Shown here one piece after another: positions 19,201 to 27,819 of a stretch of 64,000 bases of DNA. The position numbers were made by a program, and so were the translations under genes. This DNA comes from Verrucomicrobiales bacterium (GTDB taxonomy: Bacteria > Verrucomicrobiota > Verrucomicrobiia > Verrucomicrobiales > V1-33): positions 768 through 64,767 of the forward strand of contig JAYVOP010000077.1 in the NCBI GenBank assembly GCA_043757865.1, given 5' to 3'. How positions within the stretch are numbered: the first letter of the stretch is position 1; every line of letters starts with the position of its first letter. The notes beneath the pieces were generated by a model. The model was not told the origin of the DNA. It was given only the letters and a program-made list of their open reading frames with translations, and did not search any database.

Positions 19201-19741
19201 TTACCCGCCGCAGCCGGACGGCTTATGGAAGGCGGCTTTCAACGGCCAACGCACCTATGACACCAGCAAGGGCGAGGACCGCTACCGCCGCGGGCTCTAC
19301 ACCATCTGGAGGCGCAGCGTGCCCTACCCTAGCATGGCCACCTTTGATGCCCCCAGCCGGGAATCCTGCACCATCCGTCGTGTCCCTACCAATACCCCGC
19401 TCCAGGCCTATGTCACCCTCAATGACCCCGTTTATGTGGAAGCCGCCCAGGCCCTGGGCCGCCGCATCCTGCGGGAGGGCGGGGCGACCCTCAACACGCG
19501 GCTGACCTATGCCTACCGCCTCGTGCTAGGACGGGAGGCCACGTCCACGCAGTTAGGGCCATTGGAGAAACTTTACCAATCCGCCGCCACCCAGTATGCC
19601 CAGATGCCAGCGGAAGCCCTCCGCCTAGCCACCGAGCCCTTGGGGCCTTTACCCGCTGGCCTCCCCGCTGCTGAGGCCGCCGCCTGGACTCTGGTGGCCA
19701 ATACCCTGCTGAATCTGGATGCAGTGCTGATGAAGAGCTAG
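16286..19741 (+). CDS. PSCyt1 / DUF1549 (PSCyt2) / F5-8 type C (fucolectin-like) / DUF1553 (PSD1) multidomain protein.
   Basis: 'CFHCHGADEQ' and 'CAQCHSHKFDPI' CxxCH motifs; 'ATLARRVALDLTGLPP'; 'RYVRVDAPG..FLHLAEVEVF' and 'GIDGNTNG...NPWWELDLG' lectin-like modules; DUF1553-like C-terminus 'NRFWAQLFGTGLV...EDFGTQG..PSHPQLLDWLA'. Confidence 0.9.
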   Translation: MIRRVISSIFLVCALFPEPGRGADAVNFSAQIRPILSKACFHCHGADEQSRKAKLRLDVRADALLVRDGGVTPIRPGDLAGSALLQRIQSHDPEEIMPPPKSGPGLKPAEIALLEQWISEGAEYQGHWAFTKPTRPAVPATGVTWPRQPLDHFILEKLTAAGLQPAVEADRATLARRVALDLTGLPPAAAVAQVFLADAAPEAYERYVDALLGTPAYGERWARMWMDLARYADSAGYGSDPLRLNIWPYRDWVIRAFNDNVPYDAFSRAQLAGDLIPNTSPEELVATAFHRNTMTNTEGGTDDEEWRVAAVKDRTHVTLQVWMGLTMGCAQCHSHKFDPISQTEFYSTYALFNQTADHDANDESPTLPIPDPSQQTHRGHLQAELGELQKAAAEGTPALAAEQAAWEQHVQQAVAWEPLAIQSLTAADPPSWENQPDHSVLIKAGAAAQNTYHLTAISNLRGITAVRLEALPDNSLPSHGPGAALNGNAVLTGLTLSAQPTQKVVPHVRYVRVDAPGKGRFLHLAEVEVFSGRTNVARQGKASQVSTDFGGVAQRGIDGNTNGDYKANSVTHTAATDNPWWELDLGKEYPVDQLVMWNRLDGGMDARLVPFTITALSDTHTTVWTQTTTVAPNPSITYDLTASRPHIALQYATSTYAQPGWEVGRAIDGDAKTGWAFSPRCGEPHTAVFELAEPLDFGEAAAAALEISLAQEYGENHTLGKFRLSVTAAPQPVIALSESLRSIFSKIPGTRTAAEARTLRECFLPTSKVQPQLTQAVADKQKQIESIKPVAVPVMQELAADHARTTHLLNKGNFLDPGPVVTPAVPAAFGPWPAAAPQNRLGLADWIFSPENPLTARVAVNRFWAQLFGTGLVETEEDFGTQGTLPSHPQLLDWLACEFTAQHWDVKALLKMIVTSATYRQSSQVTAELLAKDERGRLLSRYPRRRLDAEQVRDQALALAGLLSGKLGGPSVYPPQPDGLWKAAFNGQRTYDTSKGEDRYRRGLYTIWRRSVPYPSMATFDAPSRESCTIRRVPTNTPLQAYVTLNDPVYVEAAQALGRRILREGGATLNTRLTYAYRLVLGREATSTQLGPLEKLYQSAATQYAQMPAEALRLATEPLGPLPAGLPAAEAAAWTLVANTLLNLDAVLMKS

Positions 19742-19819
19742 CCGTGCGGCTAGCCATGACAACTTTTCCCCGGCTCTATTTCCCGCTGGCCACCACGGCA
19801 TTTCCCATTAGGCTTGGGC

Positions 19820-21208
19820 ATGATTACCCGCCTGCTTCGTCGTTTGAAACTTTGGTTGCTCCTCATGCTAGCACTCCCGCTACTCCTGTTGGGAACCGCG
19901 CAATGGATGCTCTCCCGGGCGGCTACGCCCGCAGCGTTAGTAGCCCGCGTGGAGAGCACCTATAATTGCCGTGCGGAGGTCACTGCGGCCAGCGCCAACC
20001 TCTGGCGACTGCCAGCGCAGATTAGCCTCAGTGGCTTGAAGCTAGCCCCCCGGGATGCTGATGCGGATACCGCCAAACCGCTGGGCGAGCGCTCCCTACT
20101 GGCGGGAAAATCCATCCTTGTGGCCGTGGATCAACTCACGTTAGAACTGAATCTCTGGGCCGTCCTCACTCGCAGTTTAAATATCCAAAAGCTCCTCGTC
20201 CAACGCGTCAATATCCTCTGCGAAAACCCCGTGGAAGGCCCCAGCGAGCTGCACACGCTCTTCACCCGCCCCAGCATCGTGGCTGGCCAACCGAACCCCG
20301 CCCTAACGGCTAAGACCGAGCCCCCCACCGCCCCTGCCACTCCCGAGCCCGCCCATGAGTTCCACGCGCGGGATCTCCCGCTGGCCCCAGAGATCGCCCA
20401 GGCCCGCCTAGAACAAGTGCGCGTGGACTTTAAAAATATGAAATCCCGTCAAGTGCTGCGTTTTGAAAATGCCAACTTGGACATCCAACAGTTGTTGATT
20501 GACAGCGGCAATCTAGCCCAGAAAAATCATGCTGCCCTAGGGCTCGACGGACGTTTCCAGATCATCGGCAAAGATAAGGTGCGGCAGGTGGATCTAGGCG
20601 TGCAAATCCACGCGGACACCGCCCCCTTCGATCCCCGCTCTGGCACTCTCAAGGCCCTCCCATTTCAAGTCCGCATCGCCCAAGGCTCCACCCTCCAAGA
20701 TCTCCCCGCCCTCCAGAAAATCAGCGAAAAGATCCAGAAGTGGGAGCGCTACGGTCTCCTCCTGGCACCCTTGCCAGACCAGATCATCATCGACCAGAAC
20801 CTCAGCATGGACGTCATTTATGGCGGCCATCAACTCACCACGCAGACAGATTTTACCCTCCCTCTCCAGGACTATGAACTCACGCTACACCAGGGCAGTT
20901 GGTGCCAGACCGTGGATGAGACCTGCCTACTGGACCTCCAGATCAAGGCCTCCCCCGCCGTTTCCAGCCGCGCCCTAGCTGGCCTCACGGCTAGTATCAC
21001 CCAGAAGATCGGCACCAGCCTGGGCACCCCTGCCGCAGAGAAGCTCATCGCCAGCCTGCGGGCGCAAGGGCTCATCCTCCCAGATGGCCGCCTTAGCGTC
21101 CCCATGACCCTCACCGGCCCCGTCGGTAAACCCAAAGTGGAAGATCAACTCACCGGTATCCTAATGAAAGCTGTGCTGGATGGTGTGCTCGGCGGACTGG
21201 GGCTGTAA
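19820..21208 (+). CDS. N-terminally membrane-anchored hypothetical protein (possibly AsmA-like).
   Basis: ATG at 19820 (MITRLLRRLKLWLLLMLALPLLLLG) gives a single N-terminal TM helix followed by a long periplasmic region. The family assignment is a weak impression only. Confidence 0.5.
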   Translation: MITRLLRRLKLWLLLMLALPLLLLGTAQWMLSRAATPAALVARVESTYNCRAEVTAASANLWRLPAQISLSGLKLAPRDADADTAKPLGERSLLAGKSILVAVDQLTLELNLWAVLTRSLNIQKLLVQRVNILCENPVEGPSELHTLFTRPSIVAGQPNPALTAKTEPPTAPATPEPAHEFHARDLPLAPEIAQARLEQVRVDFKNMKSRQVLRFENANLDIQQLLIDSGNLAQKNHAALGLDGRFQIIGKDKVRQVDLGVQIHADTAPFDPRSGTLKALPFQVRIAQGSTLQDLPALQKISEKIQKWERYGLLLAPLPDQIIIDQNLSMDVIYGGHQLTTQTDFTLPLQDYELTLHQGSWCQTVDETCLLDLQIKASPAVSSRALAGLTASITQKIGTSLGTPAAEKLIASLRAQGLILPDGRLSVPMTLTGPVGKPKVEDQLTGILMKAVLDGVLGGLGL

Positions 21209-21231
21209 GAGGAGGCCCCGCCAAGCCCCCG

Positions 21232-22071
21232 TCAAGTGGGTCGCCCCGCATGCAACTGTTCCCAAAAGCTCCGATCCTCCGGCCTCAGATAGTCTGGCAG
21301 ATCAGCGTGGAAAAAGACTAACATGCGGACCACCAAGACCGCCACCCCCAGGAGCACTCCCGCCATCACCCCCAACGTGGGCAGCGGGCGGAACTCTACC
21401 CGCAGTTGCAGTGCCGCGTCCCACGCGGTCTCCCCCGTCTGCCGATAGCGGGCCAGCGCTACTAACTTGAGTAACGGAGCAAGGATCATCAGCTCCATGC
21501 CACATCCCACGAACCACACATCAAACGCCCGCGTCCAAGCCTGCCGCCAGCTTAACCGCTCCCCCGCCGCCGTCAGTACCCGCAGCCCCAGCATCGCCTT
21601 CCCCGGCGTGCAACCCCACCGCCGCAGACACCCCACCTCCACCGGCAGCCACAGCAACGGCGGCACCAAGAACACTGGCAAGCTCGGCAGCATCAATTCT
21701 CCCGGATGAATCCACCCCCACCAAGCCGCTAACGGCATCATCACCAACCAGCCCATCCACAGATCCAACATCCGTGCAAACAGCCGCCGCCAAGCCTGCC
21801 GATGCCGCACCCGGCTCAGCTCCCGCGCCACCCTCAGCTCCACCATTTCCCCCAGCACCGCCAGCGGAGCCGGATCCACCGCTGCGGCGGCCCCCGCCCT
21901 CGGCAACACGCCCTGCAATGCCTGTATCTCCTCCACTGGCAACCACCCAGCCATTCCCTCATGCCAGCCCAACTGCGTCGGCAGCAGCACCCCATCATCC
22001 AACAACTCCCGCACCTGAAACAACGCGAGCGGCCCCACATTCTGACCATCTTTCTGAAAATAAAACTCCAT
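21232..22071 (-). CDS. GYF_2 (DUF4339) + RDD-family membrane protein.
   Basis: 'EFYFQKDGQNVGPLALFQVRELLDDGVLLPTQLGWHEGMAGWLPVEEI' (GYF_2-like); 'RRLFARMLDLWMGWLVMMPL' plus several TM segments (RDD-like). Confidence 0.75.
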   Translation of the reverse strand: MEFYFQKDGQNVGPLALFQVRELLDDGVLLPTQLGWHEGMAGWLPVEEIQALQGVLPRAGAAAAVDPAPLAVLGEMVELRVARELSRVRHRQAWRRLFARMLDLWMGWLVMMPLAAWWGWIHPGELMLPSLPVFLVPPLLWLPVEVGCLRRWGCTPGKAMLGLRVLTAAGERLSWRQAWTRAFDVWFVGCGMELMILAPLLKLVALARYRQTGETAWDAALQLRVEFRPLPTLGVMAGVLLGVAVLVVRMLVFFHADLPDYLRPEDRSFWEQLHAGRPT

Positions 22072-22245
22072 GCCCCTACCCAAAGCCCCGCACCCCGCAC
22101 CCGGCAAGCCCTAATCAAATGAGTGTTGGCAAACCCCACCCCGCCCAACTCCGCCTCAGCAGCCGGATTCTCCCAGGGCTGGAGCGCAGCAAATGCCCTG
22201 GATCAGCCATGGATAAGGGCTGGCGGCCCGCAGGGCCGCTAGAAT

Positions 22246-22373
22246 GTGTTTTAAAATTGCCAGCCTCCCCCATGGAGCGCGGAGTGGAACTCCGCAGCGC
22301 TGGCCGAGCCGCAATTTCCTTCGCCCTTAGCTAAATGCAGCGGAGTGGAACTCCGCGCTCCATTTTAAAACAC
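22246..22373. repeat. 128-nt intergenic element: a 23-bp interrupted inverted repeat enclosing two direct copies of a 17-nt mini-hairpin.
   Basis: gtgttttaaaat (22246-57) plus tggagcgcggag (22273-84) is the reverse complement of ctccgcgctccattttaaaacac (22351-73). gcggagtggaactccgc occurs at 22279-95 and again at 22340-56. Confidence 0.6.
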
Positions 22374-22530
22374 ACCCTAGACGAGCGGCCTATCGAAAGA
22401 AATGGTCTGCAGACTTGCGGACAGGGATGTAATTTCTGTTCTGTAAAAGTGGCGATCAGGTCATGAATGGTTGATTCATGCGTTCAAGACTACTTGCGAA
22501 ACCTCCACTGTTTAAGAAGACTTTTGCTTC

Positions 22531-24414
22531 TCAAATATTTTCCGCCTCCGCCAGCGCCCGGCGTTCCACCCAGACGCTGACTAGCGCTAGGTCTGCCGGG
22601 GTCACGCCTTGGATGCGGCTGGCTTGGCCGAGGGTTTGGGGGCGGATTTGGTTGAGTTTGAGTTGGGCTTCGCGTTTGAGGCCGGGGATGGCGGTGAAAT
22701 CGAGGCTGGCGGGGACCGGGCGGTCTTCCATTTTTTGGAGTTTGGTCACGAGGTCGGATTGGCGGGTGAGGTAGCCGGCGTATTTGAGGTCCGTTTCCAC
22801 GAGGTCCCAGATTTCCACGGGGAACGTGGCTTTCATTTCCTCCGGCAGGGCGGTCCAGACGTTTTCTGTGCGGCGGAACCATTTGTCTAGGCGGATGGAT
22901 TCGTAGGCGGTGTCCGCGCAGAATTTGTGGAGTTCCGCCACGCGGGCGGCTTTGGCGGCGGTGCGGGTGGCACGGTAATTGTCCACTAGGCCGATCTCTG
23001 CGGCGGCGGCGGTCAGGCGCAGATCACAGTTGTCCTGGCGCAGGAGGAGGCGGTATTCCGCCCGGCTGGTAAACATGCGGTAGGGCTCGATCACACCCTT
23101 GGTCACCAGATCGTCCATCATCACGCCCAGGTAGGCCTCCGAGCGACGGAGGATCATCGGGGGCTTTCCGGCCACTTTCAGCGCGGCATTAGTCCCGGCA
23201 ATGAGTCCCTGGCCAGCGGCTTCCTCATAGCCAGAGGTGCCGTTGATCTGTCCGGCAAAATAGAGGCCGCTGACCCGCTTGGTTTCGCAGGTGGGGAGGA
23301 GCTGGGTGGGCGGGCAGAAATCGTATTCCACGGCGTATCCGGGACGGATGATCTGGGCATTTTCCAGGCCGGGCACCGTGCGGATGAAGGCATACTGGAC
23401 CTCGTAGGGCAGTGAGGTGGAAATGCCGTTCACGTAGTATTCGTGTGTGTGCCGACCCTCTGGCTCCAGGAAAAGTTGGTGCTTATCCTTATCCGCAAAC
23501 CGCACCACCTTGTCCTCAATGGACGGGCAATAGCGCGGCCCCACGCCCTCGATCTTCCCAGCATACATCGGGGATTTATCCAGATTGTCCCGGATGATGT
23601 CGTGGGTGGCGGGGTTGGTGTAGGTGATCCAGCAGGACATTTGTTCCACGTGGAACGCCGGGTCCGCCCAGGGGTTGAGGGTGAAGATGTGGTCCACCTC
23701 GCGTCCGATGGTATCCGAAAGGTAGCTGAACTTGGGGGCCGGGGTATCGCCAAACTGACGTTCGCATTTGCTGAAATCAATGGTCTTCCCATTCAGCCGA
23801 CACGGGGTGCCGGTCTTGAACCGCTGGACATCAAAGCCCAGTTTCTTCAAAGAATCACTCAATGTGGAAACCGCATCCCCCATGCGTCCGCCCGCCTGAT
23901 TCTGCATCCCCACATGCAGCAGTCCGCGCATAAAAGTGCCACTGGAAATAACGATGGACCGACATTTAAACTCCATTCCCAGATTCGTCCGCGCCCCAGC
24001 AATGGCATCGCCCTCCACCAGCAGCTCGGAAATATTGCCCTGGTGGATGTCCAGATTCGGGGTTTGTTCCAAGATCCATTTTAGCCGAAATTGATAGGCT
24101 TTCTTATCCGCCTGCGCCCGGGGAGAGCGAACGCTCGGCCCCTTAGTGGCGTTCAACATCCGAAACTGGATCCCTGTGGCGTCCGTGTTCAGCCCCATGG
24201 CCCCGCCCAGGGCATCGATCTCCCGAACCATATTTCCCTTCGCCAGTCCGCCGATTGCGGGATTGCAAGACATCTGGGCAATGGTGTCCAGATTTTGCGT
24301 GAGCATGGCGACAGAAGCGCCAAGCCGAGCAGCAGCCAGCGCGGCTTCGATGCCAGCATGGCCAGCACCGATGACGAGCACATCGTAAGTTTTAGGGTAA
24401 GTGTAGAAGGACAT
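22531..24414 (-). CDS. mnmG: tRNA uridine 5-carboxymethylaminomethyl modification enzyme.
   Basis: Internal ATG gives [25 protein letters not shown] (FAD fold). '[12 protein letters not shown]', '[11 protein letters not shown]', '[18 protein letters not shown]'. Confidence 0.95.
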   Translation of the reverse strand: MSFYTYPKTYDVLVIGAGHAGIEAALAAARLGASVAMLTQNLDTIAQMSCNPAIGGLAKGNMVREIDALGGAMGLNTDATGIQFRMLNATKGPSVRSPRAQADKKAYQFRLKWILEQTPNLDIHQGNISELLVEGDAIAGARTNLGMEFKCRSIVISSGTFMRGLLHVGMQNQAGGRMGDAVSTLSDSLKKLGFDVQRFKTGTPCRLNGKTIDFSKCERQFGDTPAPKFSYLSDTIGREVDHIFTLNPWADPAFHVEQMSCWITYTNPATHDIIRDNLDKSPMYAGKIEGVGPRYCPSIEDKVVRFADKDKHQLFLEPEGRHTHEYYVNGISTSLPYEVQYAFIRTVPGLENAQIIRPGYAVEYDFCPPTQLLPTCETKRVSGLYFAGQINGTSGYEEAAGQGLIAGTNAALKVAGKPPMILRRSEAYLGVMMDDLVTKGVIEPYRMFTSRAEYRLLLRQDNCDLRLTAAAAEIGLVDNYRATRTAAKAARVAELHKFCADTAYESIRLDKWFRRTENVWTALPEEMKATFPVEIWDLVETDLKYAGYLTRQSDLVTKLQKMEDRPVPASLDFTAIPGLKREAQLKLNQIRPQTLGQASRIQGVTPADLALVSVWVERRALAEAENI

Positions 24415-24493
24415 AACGAGGGCTGGGTTTAGCCCAGGAACGAACGCAGGGCAAATCATTGCGGGCGAGAATTTGGGAGAAGCATAGCGGTAT

Positions 24494-24509
24494 TGTTCCA
24501 CGTGGAACA
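24494..24509. promoter_or_regulatory. Perfect 16-bp palindrome in the divergent mnmG/cinA promoter region (candidate operator).
   Basis: tgttccacgtggaaca equals its own reverse complement and has a CACGTG core. Confidence 0.3.
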
Positions 24510-24624
24510 GGGGAAACACAGGACTTGGCCCGCTGGGGCAAAAATCCACACTGTGTTGCTGCCCAACCTCGACCTCCCTGCGGATCGGTCTTGCGCGCTG
24601 CGCGCTTGTGGCTAGGCTGCGGGC

Positions 24625-25887
24625 ATGATGCGTCTAGAATTGATCACTACTGGCACGGAGTTACTGCTTGGTAACACTTTAAATACCCACCTCACTTACC
24701 TGGGAGAAGCCCTGCTGCCTTTTGGCCTGCGGATTGGGCGGCAGGTGGCGATCCCGGATGGGGACATCATCCGCCAAGCCTTACTGGAGGCCTTTCCGCG
24801 CAATGAGATCGTCATCGTGACGGGTGGTCTGGGGCCTACGAGCGATGACCTTACGCGGGAAATTACCGCCGATCTTTTAGGCCTGCCGATGGCCGAAAAT
24901 GCAGAGGTGCTGCAACGCATCAAGGATCGGCTAGCGCGTCGGCAAAAGGAGATCAACGACCAGACCAGACGCCAAGCCCAGGTGCCAGTGGGCGCGCAGG
25001 TGCTGCCCAATGACTTTGGCACGGCCCCTGGGCTGTATTTCCCGGCTCAGGCGCATTGCCCAGCCACGGGTGGTCCCTCCCCCCATTTGTTCCTGCTGCC
25101 GGGGCCGCCCCGGGAGTTGAAGCCGATGTTTGCCAATGTGATGGCTCCGCTGCTGCGCACGTTGTGCGCGGGGAAAACGAAGCTCTCGCAGATGCGGAAT
25201 TTCCGGCTGGCGGGGCTGGGTGAGAGTGAAGTTTCCCAGACGGTGGAGCCTGCGCTGATGCAGTTAGGCGAGGATTTGGAAATCGGTTATTGCGCGCGCA
25301 TGGGCGAGGTGATCGTGCGGGTGCTGGGCACGCCAGAGCAGATGGAAGGCGCGCGGAATGTGGTGGCGGCGGCCTTTCCCCAGCAGTTCTTTTCCGCCGA
25401 TGATCAGAGCCTGGAGTTCACGGTGGTGGATTTGTTAAAGAAATTTGGGCGCACGGTGGCCACGGCGGAGAGCTGCACGGGCGGGCTGATTGCGCATCGG
25501 ATTACGAATGTGCCGGGGGCTTCTGCGGTGCTGACGCGCGGTTATGTGACGTATGCCAATGAGGCGAAAATGGAGCTGCTAGGCGTGCCCGAGGAGTTGC
25601 TAGGGCAGCACGGAGCGGTGAGTGCAGAAGTCTGTCAATCCCTGGTGGAAGGCTGCCTGGAGCGTGCAGGCACGGATTACGCGGTGGCGGTCACGGGCAT
25701 CGCTGGGCCGGGCGGCGGCACGGCGGATAAGCCCGTGGGCACGGTTTTCATTGCCATTGCTAGCCGGGACGGACAACCCACGGTGGTGGAGCGCCACCTC
25801 TTCGCCTACGAGCGGGAGACGTTTAAATTTACCACTTCCCAGACCGCCCTGGATCTCCTGCGCAGACGCTGCGTGGGCTTTTGCTAG
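24625..25887 (+). CDS. cinA: CinA-family competence/damage-inducible protein (MoCF-binding-like N-domain + PncC-type NMN deamidase C-domain).
   Basis: '[12 protein letters not shown]', '[15 protein letters not shown]', and the C-terminal '[14 protein letters not shown]...[13 protein letters not shown]'. Confidence 0.9.
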   Translation: MMRLELITTGTELLLGNTLNTHLTYLGEALLPFGLRIGRQVAIPDGDIIRQALLEAFPRNEIVIVTGGLGPTSDDLTREITADLLGLPMAENAEVLQRIKDRLARRQKEINDQTRRQAQVPVGAQVLPNDFGTAPGLYFPAQAHCPATGGPSPHLFLLPGPPRELKPMFANVMAPLLRTLCAGKTKLSQMRNFRLAGLGESEVSQTVEPALMQLGEDLEIGYCARMGEVIVRVLGTPEQMEGARNVVAAAFPQQFFSADDQSLEFTVVDLLKKFGRTVATAESCTGGLIAHRITNVPGASAVLTRGYVTYANEAKMELLGVPEELLGQHGAVSAEVCQSLVEGCLERAGTDYAVAVTGIAGPGGGTADKPVGTVFIAIASRDGQPTVVERHLFAYERETFKFTTSQTALDLLRRRCVGFC

Positions 25888-26981
25888 ATCAGCCCTGCCG
25901 CCACGTCTTCACTAGCACTCATGCGGCGTGGTAGCTCCACGCGCACTGTGTTGCCTGCTGCGTTGGAGATGAATTCGATCTGGCCGTGATGCAGTTCTAC
26001 TAACGACCGTGCGATGCTCAGCCCCAGCCCACAACCATCCACGGTCCGCCCCGCCGAGTGATCCCCACGGTAGAACCGATCAAAGACCCGTGCGGCCACC
26101 GGCTCATCGACCAGCGGACCAGTGTTGGTAATGGTGAAGATCGCCATGCCGACTGCGACCTCTAGCTGGAGGCGGATGGAGCCGTGCGGTTGGTTATATT
26201 TCACGGCGTTATCTCCTAGGATCAGCAGCAGTTGGCGCAGGCGATGCCGGTCTGCGGACAGGGTGATTTCCTCACATGGATGGATCGTGATCTGCAAATG
26301 CAGGCCGTCCGCCAGGGCTTCCAGATCATCTGCCACCTCGCGGACTAGCACGTGCAGCGCCACGGGTTCTAAAGTGAGCTTCAGCAGATCCGCATCCGCC
26401 CGGGTCAGCATGGACAGACCGTCCACGATCTTGGTCATGCGCCCGATCTCATCCAGCCGCGTGGCCAGCACGTCGGCGTGCGGGGTGCTGATGGGCGAAT
26501 TTGTCAACTCCCGCTCCACACTGGCGCGCAGCACCGTCAGCGGCGTTTTCAACTCATGGCTAGCATGGAGGGTGAAATGATGAATCTGCGCAAAACTCTC
26601 CCGCAGCCGATCACTCATTTGGTTAAATGCGATGGTGAGTCGATCCAGCTCATCCCCGCGCCCCGTCAGTGGCAGCGGATGTCCTAGCTCTTCCATGCGC
26701 CCCGTGCTGATGCGTTGTGCGGCCTCCGTGAGCCCCGTGATGGGTCGCAGCATCCGATGCACCAAAAACCACGCCCCCGCCGCTAGCAAGATGATGGGGA
26801 TGCTGCCCCGCCCTGCCACCTCGGCTAGTTGCCACGCCAGCGACTCTTGCTCATGCTCCGCAGCGGTCTGCGCATCCAACGGCTCCTCAATGAGTTCTTG
26901 ATAGGAAAGATACGTCGTGGCGATGAGGCAAATTACTAACATGCCGAGGAAAATCAGCGCCAGCCGCAGCCGCAGACTCAT
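25884..26981 (-). CDS. Sensor histidine kinase (2 TM, HAMP, HisKA, HATPase_c).
   Basis: 'HASHELKTPLT' H-box; 'LGDNAVKYN' N-box; 'DGCGLGLSIA' G-box. The start overlaps the response-regulator stop (ATGA). Confidence 0.9.
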   Translation of the reverse strand: MSLRLRLALIFLGMLVICLIATTYLSYQELIEEPLDAQTAAEHEQESLAWQLAEVAGRGSIPIILLAAGAWFLVHRMLRPITGLTEAAQRISTGRMEELGHPLPLTGRGDELDRLTIAFNQMSDRLRESFAQIHHFTLHASHELKTPLTVLRASVERELTNSPISTPHADVLATRLDEIGRMTKIVDGLSMLTRADADLLKLTLEPVALHVLVREVADDLEALADGLHLQITIHPCEEITLSADRHRLRQLLLILGDNAVKYNQPHGSIRLQLEVAVGMAIFTITNTGPLVDEPVAARVFDRFYRGDHSAGRTVDGCGLGLSIARSLVELHHGQIEFISNAAGNTVRVELPRRMSASEDVAAGLI

Positions 26982-27691
26982 CGCGTCTCCTCCAGCGTCT
27001 TGAATGCCACGGGATGCTTCGGATCATGCATCACATAGCCAATGCCCTTGACGGTGTGGATCAATTTAACCTCACTGCCGAAGTCCACCTTATCCCGCAG
27101 TCTGCGGATATAAACATCCACGAGGTTCGTGCCGGGATCGAACTGATAGTCCCAGGCCTCGGAGAGCAGCAACGAACGCGGGCAAATGTGGGCCGTGTGT
27201 CGTAGGAGCACCTCCAACAATTTGAATTCGCGAGGGCTCAGATCGATCCGTTTCCCAGCTCGTCGGACCTCGCGTGCGGCAGCATTGAGCGTGAGATCTG
27301 CCAGGGCTAACTCAATGCTCTTTTGATCCCCCGACCGCCGGGTGAGAGCGCGCACGCGGGCGACCACTTCGGTGACGGAAAAGGGCTTGGGTAAATAGTC
27401 ATCCGCGCCTGCATTCAGGCCCTCCACGCGTTGATCCACCCCGCCTCGGGCGGACAGCAGCAGCACGGGCACAGAATTGCTTTGCAGTCGCCATTCCCGC
27501 ACCACGCTCAGACCATCTCGGCCCGGCAGCATCACGTCTAAGACCACGGCGGCAAAGGCCTCCCGCTGCGCCAGCTCATACGCGGTCTTGCCATTCCCAC
27601 ACACCTCCACTGCAAATCCATCCTCCCGTAAGGCCTCCGCGATAAAATTAGCAGTGCGCACTTCGTCTTCGACTAGCAGGATTCGTTTCAT
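26978..27691 (-). CDS. OmpR-family response regulator.
   Basis: Internal ATG gives MKRILLVEDE. 'VVLDVMLPGRDG' receiver domain and 'LSPREFKLLEVLL...IHTVKGIGYV' winged-helix domain. Confidence 0.9.
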   Translation of the reverse strand: MKRILLVEDEVRTANFIAEALREDGFAVEVCGNGKTAYELAQREAFAAVVLDVMLPGRDGLSVVREWRLQSNSVPVLLLSARGGVDQRVEGLNAGADDYLPKPFSVTEVVARVRALTRRSGDQKSIELALADLTLNAAAREVRRAGKRIDLSPREFKLLEVLLRHTAHICPRSLLLSEAWDYQFDPGTNLVDVYIRRLRDKVDFGSEVKLIHTVKGIGYVMHDPKHPVAFKTLEETR

Positions 27692-27819
27692 AAAGGATGG
27701 GGATGGGTGGATTGGCCCGCAGCATAGATTCCGCCGCCGAGCCACGCCAGTAAATTCGCGGCGGCAGGGCAAAGGAAGTGAAGATGCGGTCATGGCTCCC
27801 TGCCATCCCTGCCTCCAGG

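Noticed and set aside
21302-22334. A cluster of overlapping ORFs in several frames (21521..21946 -, 21774..22334 +, 21802..22122 +, 21834..22148 -) around the GYF/RDD gene.
   Set aside because: This is a compositionally biased (C-rich plus strand) region. The products are Gly/Ala/Pro/Arg homopolymer-like. Only the 21232..22071 minus frame yields recognisable GYF_2 and RDD features.
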